From positions 744,001-808,000 of the forward strand of contig NC_086377.1 in assembly GCF_036588685.1 (NCBI RefSeq): a stretch of 64,000 nt of DNA. The letters are read 5' to 3'. Of the stretch, positions 38,801 to 53,800 are shown piece by piece; the stretch's first letter is position 1; every line of letters starts with the position of its first letter. This DNA comes from Mytilus trossulus. Taxonomy: Eukaryota. A model generated the notes under the pieces. That model was not told the DNA's origin, did not search any database, and worked only from the letters and a program-made list of their open reading frames with translations. A program made the translations under genes and the position numbers.

Positions 38801-41800
38801 CAATGTATTTTGATGAAGACGTCACTCGATCGTAACGATCGATACGATCGATATCGATTGAACGTTATATGTCGAATCAATCAACTCAATGTGTTTCATG
38901 AAGACTCGATTGAACGCCATATATGGAATCAATCGACTTAATTTGTTAATGGTATAAACTACTTAATAAATTTTAATAATAAAGATTTAACAAAATAAGT
39001 TGTATTACTGTATTTCCCACTTCAGCACTGATGGAGATAAACTCTATGGTAATAATATATGTCAGATTGGGTACGGAGATATTAGTATAGTGAACAGAAA
39101 ATGTACACACAATTGAAACAGATACAAAACTTGAAGCATAGGAATTTGCTGTTTCAAAGACTTTTTACACTGATAAAACATTTTTAACATTAATTCAAGT
39201 TTGAAGAAGGTTCATAGCAACAGTTTCAGGAGAGAAAATATGAATGTCACAAAAATGTGTATTGTAGTAGCCAGTTTATGACAGTAGTATATATAGATCA
39301 TTAAAATGAAGAAACTGAAGTGATTAAACAAACATGAAAATTATTATCAAATGAATATTAGATGAAAGATCGTTCAATGTGCCTGCTTGTGCTGTAGTAT
39401 ATGTAGTATATGTAAATATATGCTGGCTTAATTGCGCATATATAATTTTTTAATTAAAAAGCTGTATTAAATATAAGCCATCTAGAGTCGTAGACTGTGT
39501 TTATGTGCCTTTTACCAAGTCAGGAATATGACAGTTGTTATCCATTCGTTTGATGTGTTTGGACTTTTGATTTTGCCTTTTGATTTTGGATTTTCCTTTT
39601 GAATTTTCCTCGGAGTTCGGTATTTTTGTGTTTTTACTTTTTAGTGTCAATTTATCGCCTAGCACCAAAGTCTATGTTGTTGTGTCAGACTCCGGTTAGG
39701 GTTGAAGCAGGAACATATATATTACTGTATACTGTTCCCAGGTGGGAGTTCGGGTGACAGTAAGACTACATACGACTACTAGCGCCGTAGGCTGTGTCAA
39801 TATGCCGCCTAGCGCCGTAGGCTGTTATTATTATTATCAAATGAATATTAGAGGAAAGATCGTTCAATGTGCCTGCTTGTGCTGTAGTATATGAAGTATA
39901 TGTAAATATATGCTGGCTTAATTGCGCATATACAATTTTTTTTAAAGCTGTATTAAATATAAGCCATCTAGAGTCGTAGACTGTGTTTATGTGCCTTTTA
40001 GCGCCGTAGGCTGTGTCAATTTATCGCTTAGCACCAAAGTCTATGTTGTTGTGTCAGACTCCGGTTAGGGTTGGAGCAGGAACATATATATTACTAAATA
40101 CTGTTCCCAGGTTGGAGTTCGGGTGACAGTAAGACTGCATACGACTATTACCGCCGTAGGCTGTGTCAATATGCCGCCTAGCGCCGTAGGCTGTGTCAAT
40201 ATGCCGCCTAGCGCCATAGGCTGTGTCAATATGCCTCCTAGCGCCGTAGGCTATTATAAGTTATCTACGTTCATATCCGTAGATATGGATATTTTAACAC
40301 CCTGAAGTACCCCAGTACACCATGAGGCGTAGCAATACAATGTTCTTACCGGTTTCTAGGATATTTTTATGATTCAGGTTTTTTTTTAAACAGCATTATT
40401 TAAAAGCAAAATTAAACAAATCAACATGAAAATTTAAAAAATTCCAAACATCAATAAAATAAAAATTTGAAGCAATTCTAAAAATATCTGGAAACCTTCT
40501 CATTTTGTTTATATTAGCTATTTACCAGGGTAAATAAGATAAGATAAATCATGCAATTAACAGATTCAGATTCAATATTTTATTAGTCTCACTCCTTGCA
40601 TTACATAATATACAGTACAAACAGAGTACATAAACAATATAAAGCAGACAATTGACAAAGAAATATACAATTTCCATTCATAAATCATTGGTTTCGTTTA
40701 AGGTATATGAACACTAAATATTGCACCTATACGATTCGAAACCGCGCGCTACGAAACGTTTCCCAATGCATGAACGGACTTGCTTTTTGTGTAAAAGTGA
40801 GATGGAAACTGAGGAACATGTACTACTTGAATGTATGCTTTATGATGATTTGAGGAACGAACTTTATGAATATACAAACAGTGAGAATAAGAACTGTCAC
40901 ATGTTTACGAATCGTGAAAAACTGTCTTTTGTTTTGGGGTACCAATGTTAATTTTATAAACAAATGTGCTATAACCTGCAAACCTATTTTGGACAGGTCA
41001 CATTTTTATATATCAATAATTTTTAAACTTTTAGAAATTACATAAACTATCTATCTATCTATTTATCTACCATTCTTTTAAAATGATGAGCGACTTATAC
41101 TTGATTTGAAATCAGTTAGGTATACTCAATAACCAAAACACATTGAAATATTTTAAACTTTTTAAATAAATTTCATGAAAGATATAGTTTAACAATTTTT
41201 ATAATGGTCGAGGACTTACGTATAACAGTGCCAATACTTAAAATGCCATGCAAATACAATGGCAAATAACCAACGTGGTTTTTGTTTACTATTTGACATG
41301 CAAAAAGTACATATTATAAAATATGGGATAAATATATTTCAAGATATTTTCAGATATATATTTATTACTACTCCATTAATGATTTTATTTCATACGGTCT
41401 TATTGTCAATGCTCTCATTGTGGTCACAGTTGATCAAACAAAAATAAACTACTCGTTTATGCCTTGTCATATGTCTGGTGGAATATTTGAACCTGTTCAG
41501 TTTTTTAAAAGCCTGCTCACAACTTTCAGTGTTGCAGCCATGAATTTCACTGAATTTGTCTAGTTTTGGGTGAAATTCACATAACGGGTTATTGTTTAAA
41601 GGCATACAACAGGGTTTTGTGTGCTTCAGTACATGAAAAATGTCTACGAGAAACTGTACATCATTTAACATTTCTTCTGAACCTGCAACATTTTCCTTTA
41701 CAAGCCGACGCAAAAAAGGTTTCAACTCACAACATCTGTCATAACCGAGATACTTAATCCTTTTTTTGCAACTGTCATCCATAAAAAACATTTTACGTAA

Positions 41801-44800
41801 CAGCAAAAACACTTGTGTAAGGGATTCATGGCTGTACATCTCCGCAAAACCTACAATGACACCACATGGTCTTATTACGAAGAGCATACCAGCTGTTGTT
41901 TTGTAAAACTTGTTCAATTTCGATTTGTCTTTGCAACTTTTCACTTCTTCGTCTGTTACAATTATTCTCTCAATGCTTTCGTCGCTGTACAAACTTTCGT
42001 ATTCTAAATAAGAATAAAAATACATCTACATACATGTATCATCAATGATTGCTGTACAAACATTTGTATTCAGAATAATAAATGTGTTAATTAAATTGCT
42101 TATTACTTATTCAGGAGAACAACAAAAGTATTTTTTACAAGAAAAAAATACATGTATCATTTATTTCACAGTTTTTATACTCGTATCTTCAAGTCTAACT
42201 CTTGCAGGCTCGAGGCACCATTACATTTTTGCAAACTGTAAATGTTTATTGTATTTAACAATATTCTGTAACGATATACCGGCATATTGCTTTCATTTTA
42301 GTTAGTGTTTCTATATGAATTGGATTTTAAATAGAAAAGAATAATATTCACCTAACAAAAAGTACTATTCATCGGGCACAACATCATTTGCTTTTACATT
42401 TACATTTCTATTAAATGCAGACTTAAAACGTTTTATGTGCATTTGGTTCTTATAAATGAGTGTACTTAAAACGCTTAACTATTGCAATATTAATTCAAAC
42501 AATTGCTGATCAAAGTGTATAATATTCAACTTTTTTTACTACATTGTACTTATTATTTTGTGTATCATTAATGAGTGCCGGTTTTACAATAAGTGTCTGC
42601 TTTATACATACCTTTTAAGTATAATGGTAATTTCCGCTTCCGAGAAGACTTTCTTACAGTCATTTCATTTCCATCTTTATTTTCCTCATTTTCAACACAT
42701 TCTTGGTGATTCACACAAAATCTAGATAGACAAGAATTTAAATAATTATATTATAACCTATTATTTTTTTCATTAAATGCAGACTCATTTTGTATCGGTC
42801 TATTCAAATTTTTAAAGTAATTTGTACTTTTTTCATTTCTATTCCGTTCTATTTGATGACATTACATTTTTTGGAAGCATATTTACTTATTATTATTCAT
42901 ACATGTACTTTTAAGCAGTAATTCCACGTATTAACATTGCAATTACATTTTAATGTAAAAAAATCATATATATATTTATATAAAAACACATTGCACATAA
43001 AGCAAAAACCAATCTGATTAAAATACAGATCTTGTATCAATGCTTTGCTTACAAGGATCTGAAAACACTCCATTCTACTTTCTGTAAAATAAAGATCTCT
43101 CGGGATCCTCTGGTGTTATTGGATTGATACACACCTTCAAAGTTTGAAGGCTTAAATTTGAGTGGCTGATATAAATATAACCAGAACATAAAGTTCTGTT
43201 TTGTTTTTATGTATGATAGAACGCTACTTAGAGAAGCAGCAGTTTGTCATTTATCATCATTTATGACTCAAAGATTCTATTGAATTTATTTACAGGCTGG
43301 TAAAATTGTTGTACGGAGTTTTGCAATCATAATGCTTATAAAGTTTGAAAAATAATCGCTAAGTAGTTTCTGAGGAAAAGAAGTATGAAAATTGGACAAA
43401 CGAGAATTAACAACTTCCTTTTTTAACCAGGTATCTATTGGATTGGAACAAAACCAAAACAAATGCGGTTTAGTTTCAATGGAGATGATAACAATAAGAT
43501 TTCCAATACGCTTATAAAAAAAAAATTTAGTGGAGACAGATATAGTAAGACAAAACATACTTAACAGGCTTTTTAAATCGTCCTCCAAATCCAGGATCTT
43601 CTGGACAACAATCTTGAACACGTAGTCCTTCTGATGATAAAATCTTTTCCCCACTTTGTGAACATATGCTTCGTCTTAACTTTTCGTTACCATCAATTGT
43701 AACGTAACCTTCTGTACAACCCTTTACCGCACACGAATGATGAATCCAACTTTCTTGTTTTGCCATAAATTTCTGAAAAAATAACACATTTTTAACTATT
43801 TTCATGGTGTCATTTCTCATTTTTACCGATTTCAGGATTAATTCGACAAACTGATGTGTATACTTATCATTTAAGTACGGTTTTTGTGTCAACGGGTGTT
43901 CTGCAGTTGCACGATTTGGCATTTTATTTTAACAAAATTTAAGTTCTTATATAAAGCATGTTAACAGCAGTCATAATAGATTTTACTAATATTGATAATT
44001 AAATTATATGAAAAATGATTTGCTTAATTCATTCGAATGTAAATCATCTCCGTGTTAAAACAAAGCCATGCAATTTAAATGTATTACATGTTTAAGGCAC
44101 AGTGGTCAAACTTATTAAGAAAAAAAATGCTTTGCAAAATTTTAAATGTTTTGTTTTTACTATTAACCTATACATTTTTAAATATTTTTTGCAATATAAT
44201 ACTTACGTCAGTATATATTTTACACATTTCTTCAATATCCAACAATCCAGATTCCATAGTACTTATCGGTAATCCTATTGGAAAATAGGTGCTTACTCTG
44301 TATATAAACCAGGCTTCCTCTAAGCGTTGCGGATTTAAAACACCTTGTGTGAGCACTTGCTTTCCTCTTTGAAAATTTGACAACTGCTTTAAATGATATT
44401 CATTATTTCCGTTATGATGGTCGTTGTACACATCAGCAATCGATTCAAATGAAGCACCCATATACTGAATCTGTTTGGAACATAAATCAAGATACCTCTT
44501 AGAAAAACAGGTTTGTGAAGTGCTCAAAAAATAGTCCGTATTTTCAACATTCATGTTTCTTTTAGCACGATCGTCTTCAGTTGTTGTATAATACGACACA
44601 TTATATCTTGGTTTATACATACAAATCCGGCACTCTGACGTATATGAAGCTGCAATGTAACTACCAGTTTCGGTAAAAACAAATGGAAAACTTGGCGATG
44701 AAATAGTTGTTAGTTTACTTTTACATAATACACAATGAGTACATGGAGATTTCAAGATTATACATTTAAATCCATCCTTTGAGTTTCCTTGTTCGCGATA

Positions 44801-47800
44801 AAAAATGTCCCAATGAAAATTCTTTTCTAATAGCTCAGGATAATCATTTTTTACTATCGTATATAAGTTTACACACGTTTTCTCATCAAATAACTCAATA
44901 TTTACTTCTTTTGCTTTTCTGTCTCCTAATATTACTTTTAAATCCTGGTATTCTTTATCGGTTTTACGCAGTCTTTCGATATATTCGCTAACATATTTCC
45001 AACGGTTTGGTGTTCCTTCAAAGAAATGGAGAACAGCAAAAATAAAATTTCTAAGCGACGAATATGTCAATATATACTTCATTTTCAATTCTTTTTGTTT
45101 TCCTTTTCAAATATATCACGTCACAGGATCTCTACGTTACATGCGCTAAGACACACACTATTTTTTGGAGCGAAATTCGCTTTTCCGCAAATTCTTGTTA
45201 TATCCAACGTCATTCAATTGTTACGTCAAGAGTTTACTGTCGCAAATTTAAAACATTGAACAGACATACAAGATGGCCACCAGTACTTTACGTAAAAGAT
45301 ATAAAGAGGCACAGAAAGTTGATTTCCCTGGAATTGAAGAAACTTCTAACAGCTACATAGAGGAACTTATTATGGCACAAGCTAATGCTATTGGTTGTCC
45401 ACCGGAGTTTTTATATTTTCCATTTTTAACAACAACTGCCGGTAAGTTATTGGACATTTTATTTTTACATTTCCTATTTTTTTTCAAACAATCGACAATT
45501 ACTTAATTATAAAAAAAAAAGAACAATTAATACATTATTTATTGTGTCGCATCATAACATTTTCATACCATTCCGCAATTTATTAACGCTAGCTCTAAAA
45601 ATGAATGAAAATTTTTTTCAGCCGAAAAAGAGTAATCATACAAAATTGCCCCGATTGTTTTTTTGTTTTGTATTACAAAAAACAATTTGGTATGGAAAAC
45701 TTTTCTAATATTATTTTTTTTTCATTTCCTTACCATGTTATTGCAACTTACCATTGATAAAAAAATAAAATAAAAGAATCATATATATTAAGCGGCGGTT
45801 TAGTTGAACATTTGTTTCAGGGTTTTGTAGTGCTTGTTATGGATATTTACTAAAGGTACTGGCTACGGTTACTTCCAGGAAGTTACAACAATTATTTCTT
45901 ATTGTTACTTCCATGACTTATTGCCAAAAGGGAATTTCTGACAAGGCGCTGATTTCACACGGAATTTCGGATGTAACCTTTAGTGTGTTTTTTTCTTCTT
46001 CTGCGGTGTGGGATGTTGCGCACAACTGAATGCCAAGTAACATTCTTCTTAGTTAACGTACTCAAAGCCTGGTTTAAACAAGGTTTTAATTTATTTAGGA
46101 ATTATATGTTTATCTTTCACACGACAGGTTTTATGGGTTCTAAAAGTGTCATTGAATTTCACGAGGAATGGAAGGAACCAGCCATTATTTGGACCATTAT
46201 TGCCGCATCCAAGGGTGAAAAAAAATCACCAGCCCTTAAAAGAATCAAGGATGCTGTTACTAGGATACAGGATGCAAAACAAAAACAGTGGACCATGCAA
46301 CAAGAAACAAAGTCAGAAACACCCACCAGAAACACAAAAAGCTCCCTGCAAGTTCCTCCACAGATAATAATTGACGTTTTTTCCATGGAAGAAATGCACA
46401 GTGTTCTTTTAAGAAACAATTATCAGGTATGATAAAAAGTTAACTTCTTAATTAACAATACAATAAAATAAAATAAGTCTGAAACAACATACTTTTGCTT
46501 TATACGCATTCGTGAATTAATTTTGTTTTGTATATTGGATTATTGGATTTGTCAAACTATAATTAATCCAGAAACGACACAACATCGAGATAACAAAAAC
46601 AACATTTTAATATAACAAACTGAAAGAGAAGATAACTACAAGTTAGAATAAAATGTACAGACATTATTTTCCGTGCAGCACCAAAACTAGTAAAATGAAC
46701 ATAACTTTGATTTAATTTTCCTCAAAATGATTCATCATGTTTATTCCTGCAAACTTGATTTGCAATTCGAAGCATTTTCTGTCCTTATTATTCATAAAAA
46801 AAAAAAATCAATATTATTTATATACAATATCGGTTTTTCGTTTTTCGAATGCTATAAAAAAAAAAACAACACTGTGTCATACTTTTTTACAATTTCATAA
46901 AACTGGTTACAAAGATCTGATTTAAAAGTTTAATATAATTTATGAAAATAATCTATAATTGATCACTGTTTATAAAAAAAATCATGAAATGTGGTGTTCA
47001 CTTTATCAATTATAGGTTATAGGTATTTATGAAGAAATTAAGGTATTACACCAGTCACTAGATATTTATAAACCAGGAGGAAGTCTTGTTGATAGAAAGC
47101 AATTTCTCAATTTGAATGGAGGGTCCGCATGGGATAGAAATTTTAAAAATTCCGGATACAGTCATCTTCCAAGAACACATTTTAACCACACTGGCATGAT
47201 CCAACCAGTAATTTTGGCAGAGATGATGGATAGAGATGACTGGGATGGTTTCAATGATAGGTATTTATTTTTTTGTAATTAAATTTGTACATGAAAATTT
47301 CACCAAATATCAAATAAATATTAATTACATTAGATGTATGTTTCATTATAATACGTTATTCTGATTGGTTAATTGCACATCACATGGTATTACGTAAGCA
47401 GTTGTATGAGACAATAACATTTCATTCATGATGACACGAGGTCCCACAATAAAGTGCACAGGTGAATTTAAAAAATTAAAGTTCATGAAAATCGTGTTTT
47501 TATAATTCTAGCTAAAAAAAATGTAATTATAAGTATTGAATGCTTCTTTTTGTAACTTTATAGGGTTGTAAAAGCGTTGACGGTGCGTACATTTTTAGAA
47601 TGAAGCGCTTCAGCGCTTCATACAAAATGTACTTCGGTCAACGCTTTTACACCCCAATAAATGTGGGGGTGGTGCTAGGATGAAAAATTAGTCCTGCATT
47701 TTTTTTAGTTCAATTTCGATCCTGCCTTTTTATTTTTCTCTATATTTGGTCCTGTTTTTTTTTTAATTATCATGTGTTATTTACCCAGTTGCTCATTCTG

Positions 47801-50800
47801 TATTGTTTTAACTCGAAACTCCTGTCATACCTTTTCTTTTTTACTCAAAATTACTGTCCTGCCTTCTTTTTTAAATTTCATTCTATACCCCTATAAAAAT
47901 GGTAGCTCCATAACTACAAAGACACTGATGATAAATTCTTACTTTTATATCTTTTTGCAAATATTGCAAAACATACCATATTAATTCACAAGTTTAGTAA
48001 AGTCAAAGAGTGATTCCTTTTTGTATATACGACATTGGCACATCACTTATCATGCGTGAAAATATGAATACTTAGACTATACCATTTTACTGTATGTAAT
48101 TAAGAAGAAAACTAATTTGATTTTTCTTGCCTATAGAATGCACAACTTTTTATTTTGCTAATCAATGATAACACAGGTTTTTTTTAAACTTGAGAGCAAT
48201 GCAAAAACAAATTTGATATGTTAAAATAATATTTTATAGGTACCTTATTTCATGCCCAAAAGAGGTGATGTTTACTTCAAACATGTACAAGATACCAGTT
48301 CCAGAAAACTTAAGAAGTAGCATGGACAAGATATTTAAAGTCATTTCAGAAAAACATGAAACTGAAACAGTTTACAGATTTGATGAGGAAGCCAAGTCTG
48401 TTTTTAACAACTTCCACGACAATTATTATATAGAAAAGAAAATGCAGTTTACCGAAGATGAGAACAGAAGAGGGGTTCTTTCTAAAAGTCTTGGTTACAT
48501 TATAAGGCTTTCAGGAATTATAACAGCTGTACAAAATGCTTCAGCTGTAGTTAAAGGTATGATTTACATGTTGTCAATATGGCTTTTCTTTCAACAAGAA
48601 GTTAGATAAAAATTATTATGTTTTTGTTTCATTTATTCAAAATCTAATAATTACATTACATGTATATTTGAACATAATCCGTTATTTTGATTGGCTAACA
48701 ACAATCTCACATTATTCTTTTTAGCACAATGATATGTAACATCCATGATAGCATGTGCTTACACACAAAAATGCACAGGCAAATATAAGAAATATTTGAT
48801 AGAAATTGTTTATTCATGATCCTAGCAAACAAATGTAATTATAAGAATTGGATTACTTATTTTATAGGGTTGTAAAAGCGTTGACCGAAGTACATTTTTA
48901 GACACTTCCGCGCTTCATACAAAATGCAATCTGCATTTGATCAAAATGATGATAGAAAATTTGATTATGTGTCAAATACAGGATATATCACCTGGATGTT
49001 CAAGAAATACTCATATGAAGGAATAAATTGCCTTAAATCTACTACAAATTAATACTTTGAAATCTTTTATAACAAGTAGAAATATGAATTATTTTACAGA
49101 GGAACTGGACTTAGATGAATACAGATGGGATTGTTCAGTTTCGGCTCCTAATGTAAAGAAGGCTATAGCTCTAATGCAATACTTTATAGACACTAAATTT
49201 GCCCTACTACCTATATGTGACAGAATTGAAGAGTTTCATGAATCACAAACTCAATCAGGTGAGAATATTCAACTAAAATACAAATTGTTTATAGCTGTTC
49301 GGTGTGAGCTAATGCTCCGCGTTGAAGGCCGTACTTTTACCTATAATTGTTTACTTTTTATACATTGTGATTTGGATGGAAAGTTGTCTCATTGGCACTA
49401 ATACGACATATTATTTATATATTGAAGAGGACGTACTTATTAACAAATTTCTTACACTCTGAGGGTACCAATTAGTAATGTTTTTCAGGGCACCATACCG
49501 ATTGTGCACTTGGGATGTATTACGTTAGATTAACAGGTGGTTTAAATTGAGTTATCTTTACTTAGCACCCATCCCCTAAGAAGGCGACAATTTAAGCAGA
49601 TACAAAAAAAAAAGACTAATCGACTACTGTAATTAAATAGACAGATATAAAAGATATTTTTAAACATAGATTTATAATTTATTAATATGATTGGAATATC
49701 AGTTACTGAAATCATCAAAACGCTTTACAAATGATTTTAAAATTTATTCAATGTTTTTTTAGAAATTTCTAACGAGATGCAAATTATGCAAGACTGTGGA
49801 CAGAAGATTAAACGACTCTTGGAGTTTGAAACAGAGACCTTAGATATAACTTCCGCAATGGCGTGCAGGAATGCACTTTTCCCTGCTGTTCCCAAAGAGC
49901 AACGCGGAGGTGGTAATAATAGATTCCCGTCTTGGGCGGCGGACAAATTCTTCAAAACTGTAAGTTTTATTTTTAAGATTATTTATTAAAAAACACAGAA
50001 TTCAGTGAATTCATATTTTTCCCCCACAATACATATATCGTTATATAATGTATAGTTGTTAGTAAATTCGTACGGGATTTATTTAAGGATGTCTGCTGCT
50101 CTAATTTAAAATAATAAGGATTTCATGTGGTTGTTTAAAATGAAAACAACTTTGATATTTAAACAAAATAAAGAAATAAAATCATTAGTCTCGTGTGTAG
50201 TTTTCAAAATACGAGACATTTAGAAAATGGCGGGAAAAGGGTTTTCTTCAGACTTTACTATTTGTTAACATTGGAATTGTTTTTTACCCTTTAAACCAAG
50301 AAAAAATAACAAGGATTTCATGCCGCCGGATCACTAAATCTGAAATGATCTATTGAACAGATTTATGAAGACAAAAGTGGGGTGTCGTGTAAATTTTTTT
50401 TAATACATTTGGATGGATAAAACCTGAGAAAATCGAAAATATGACAAGAATTCAAAAACATGACCAGCAGACATCCTTAATTTGAATGAATGTTTTCATT
50501 TAAGTGTAAAACAAACAGGTCACTTATTTTCATATCGAATTTTCCTTCAGTTTCGAATACTTTAAGTGACTTGTAAATTCTAAATGATTTTAAAATTAAA
50601 TAGATCTAAATAGATGTTGCACTTTTCTCATATCTCAAAACTGTCGTGCTACTTAGGATCACATCTTATGTATGTATATACCTCATTTTATAAAGCAAAG
50701 GTATATATATAGTGCTTGGGGAAGTATGTCCATCCATTAGTTCGTCCGTCCGTTCGTTCGTTCCTTACAGTGAGTCGAGTTAGGTAGGAGTACTCGTTTA

Positions 50801-53800
50801 TATCCACAAAAAAACCTATAATCAAATGAAACTTAATTTTCGATTTTCGATTTTATAGTTCTAAATCATATCTGTGATGTTAATAAATATACTGAAAACA
50901 ATATTTTAGGTTTCTGAACTTGGATTTGGAACTATCGAAACAAGGACTCACGCATTAAACAAAACTGCTTCCTCATGTTTCCGGAAAAGGAAATATGAAG
51001 ACCTATCAGATGGATGCAAAGACATTGCCAAAAAACTCAAAATCGACGAAGACAAATATATGAATGGGTCAAAAGGTAAAATTGAAAAATTCTTACACCA
51101 CTATAAGCTTTAATAACACAAAATATACGTATAATATTTGTATTGAAACTGTTCCGATATATATCAAATGTGAAATACCACCATAAATAGGAATCTACAT
51201 GATATCATATAAAGGAGGCAAATTAATTGTGACTAGTATAATATTTTTTATGATTCTTTGTTAGTTAAACTTTGTATATTACTAGTACTTGATACGTTGT
51301 TAAAATTTAGAGAGCTGTGCATCTGGTCAGAAGCTAATACGTAAAGTCCATTGTAACATTTAATAGTGAATTTTATCCTCTTATTGATATAAGCAATGAA
51401 ACAAAATGTTGGGTATTTTTTATCTATTCCTGTATAATTTTTGTCACTATTATTTTCAGAAAAAGAAAACAAAGAGATCAGGGAACCATTAATCAACGTC
51501 ACAAACAGAGACAGCCAATCTTGAAGGACTGCATTATACTATATTCGCTTAATTTCAGAATCTAATAAAATAAATTCCATATTATACACATTATATGGTA
51601 ATATATTTGGTTAACATTGTGTTTCTGTTTCACACTTTTGTTATCTGTTGTAAAAAAGGATATGGTACGTCGTTATTTTTTTCCTCCACTACACTTTTGT
51701 AGTGTAACATGGATAAGCAACTTTGTGCATGTGCAGGATAAATTTTACAGTGTGAATTGTGTGAATTTGCTGTACACAGACAACTTTAATTACGCCTATA
51801 AATCAATTGTTAAAGATACTGGGGAAAAAACACACTTGTAAACTTGATACAAAATTAAAAAAAAAACACATGTTAATAATGCCATAAAGGGAAGATCACT
51901 TTTATTGTTGTCTTTCATCTTGAAAGTTGCAGTGAGATTTTCAACACGTGCATATCTATGGTAGCTGTAAATCTTATAGTCTGTTTCTGTGTATGTCGGC
52001 GTTCGCCTGTGTTGTAAATCTGTGTTTCTGATGTATCTTGTGGTTGGTGTTTTTTCCTCGGTTTTTGGTTTGTTTCATGGATTTGTTCCCTCTATATCGA
52101 TTTATGACTTTTTGAAAAGCGGTATACTACTGTTGCCTATATTCATGTCAGATTAAAGATTTTACCGAGCACCAGTTTGAGCAGAACTATATTAGTGATG
52201 TTACGGTTATAATTAAGGCTATGGTAAGACTGTTTTTAATATGCCATCAGGCGCCGTAGGCTGTTTCAACGTTTCAATATGCCTTTTGCCATCACAGGCT
52301 ATGCCAATGTGCCATGTAGCACCGGATGCTATGTTCTCGTGTGAATGTTATATTATTGTTATAGTTACGGTAGCGTGAGGTTGTATTAAGTATGCCATCA
52401 GACACCGTAGACTGTTACAATGTGCCGCCTAGCGACGTAGGCTGTGTCCTCGTGTATGAGTGATGTTAGGGTTATAATTAAGACTATGGTAAGACTGTTT
52501 TTAATATGCCATCAGGCGCCGTTGGCTGTTTCAATATATTATCTAAGGCCGTAGGCTGTGTCAATGTGCCTTAATTAAAGCAATGGAGAGCAAAGTTATA
52601 GTTAGGGTTATATTTAAGGTTAGGTTATGTGTCGTCATGCGCCGTATGCTTTTTCATTGTGCCATCAAGCGCCGTAGGCTATGCCAATGTGCTACCTAGC
52701 GCCGTAGGCTATGTCCTCACATAAGATTTGTTTTAGGGTTAGGGTTAGGGAAATGTAAATGTTACACCTAGTGTCATAGGCTAGGGTTAGGGTTAGGGTA
52801 ATGTCAATGTGACACCTACCGCCGTAGGCTAGGGTTAGGGTTCAGATTTGGTAAAGTTGTGACAACTTTGAAGGTTAAAGTCAAAATTATAGTTAGTGTA
52901 AGAGTAAGGCTTTATCAAATATACCATCTAGCGACGTAGGCTGACATATTACTTTGACATTGTTAGGGTTAGCCGTAGGCTGTGTCAATGTGCTTTCTAG
53001 CAATGAATTGTAAAGGTTTATTTAGGGTTAGGGTTATAGTTAAGGTTAGGGTAAGGCTGTTTTAAATATGTCATTAGGCGCCGTATGCTGTTTTAATGTA
53101 CCATCTAGCGCCGTAGGCTATGTTAATGTGCCACCTAGCGCCGTAGGCTATGTCCTCGCGTAAGAGGGGTTAGGGTTAGGGTAATGTCAATGTGACACCT
53201 AGCGCCGTAGCCTAGGGTTANNNNNNNNNNNNNNNNNNNNNNNNNNNNNNNNNNNNNNNNNNNNNNNNNNNNNNNNNNNNNNNNNNNNNNNNNNNNNNNN
53301 NNNNNNNNNNNNNNNNNNNNNNNNNNNNNNNNNNNNNNNNNNNNNNNNNNNNNNNNNNNNNNNNNNNNNNNNTTAGGGTTTGTTAAAGTTATGAAAAGGT
53401 TAAAGTAAAAATTATAGTTAGCGTAAGGGTAAGGCTTTAACAGATATATCATCTAGTGCCGTAGGCTGTGTCAATGTGCCTTCTTAGACTGTTTGTGTAG
53501 GTTGTTTGAATGTGTTTTATTGCGTCATATGTGTCTTGACATAGAGCTAGGTTAGGTTTAGAGAAAGGGTAAGGCTGTATCAAATATACTATCTAGCACC
53601 GAAGTATGTGTTAATGTACCACCTAGTGTCGTATGCTTTGTCCATGGGTTAGCATTACATCAATGTGCCATCTAGCGCGCCGTAGGCTATGTCAATGTGC
53701 CACCTAAGGCCGTAGGCTATGTCCTCGCGTAAGAGAGGTTAAGGTTATAGTTAAGGTAAGGGTAAGGGTTAGGGTTAGGGTTAGGGTTAGGGATTAGAGT

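Noticed and set aside
43286-43654. 122-aa minus-strand ORF as a third element gene
   Set aside because: Alternative frame overlapping transposase exon 2 and running into the intron; no motifs.
45273-51524. Bacterial contamination as the source of the DUF3987-like gene
   Set aside because: Seven GT-AG introns, a polyA signal and nested host repeats.
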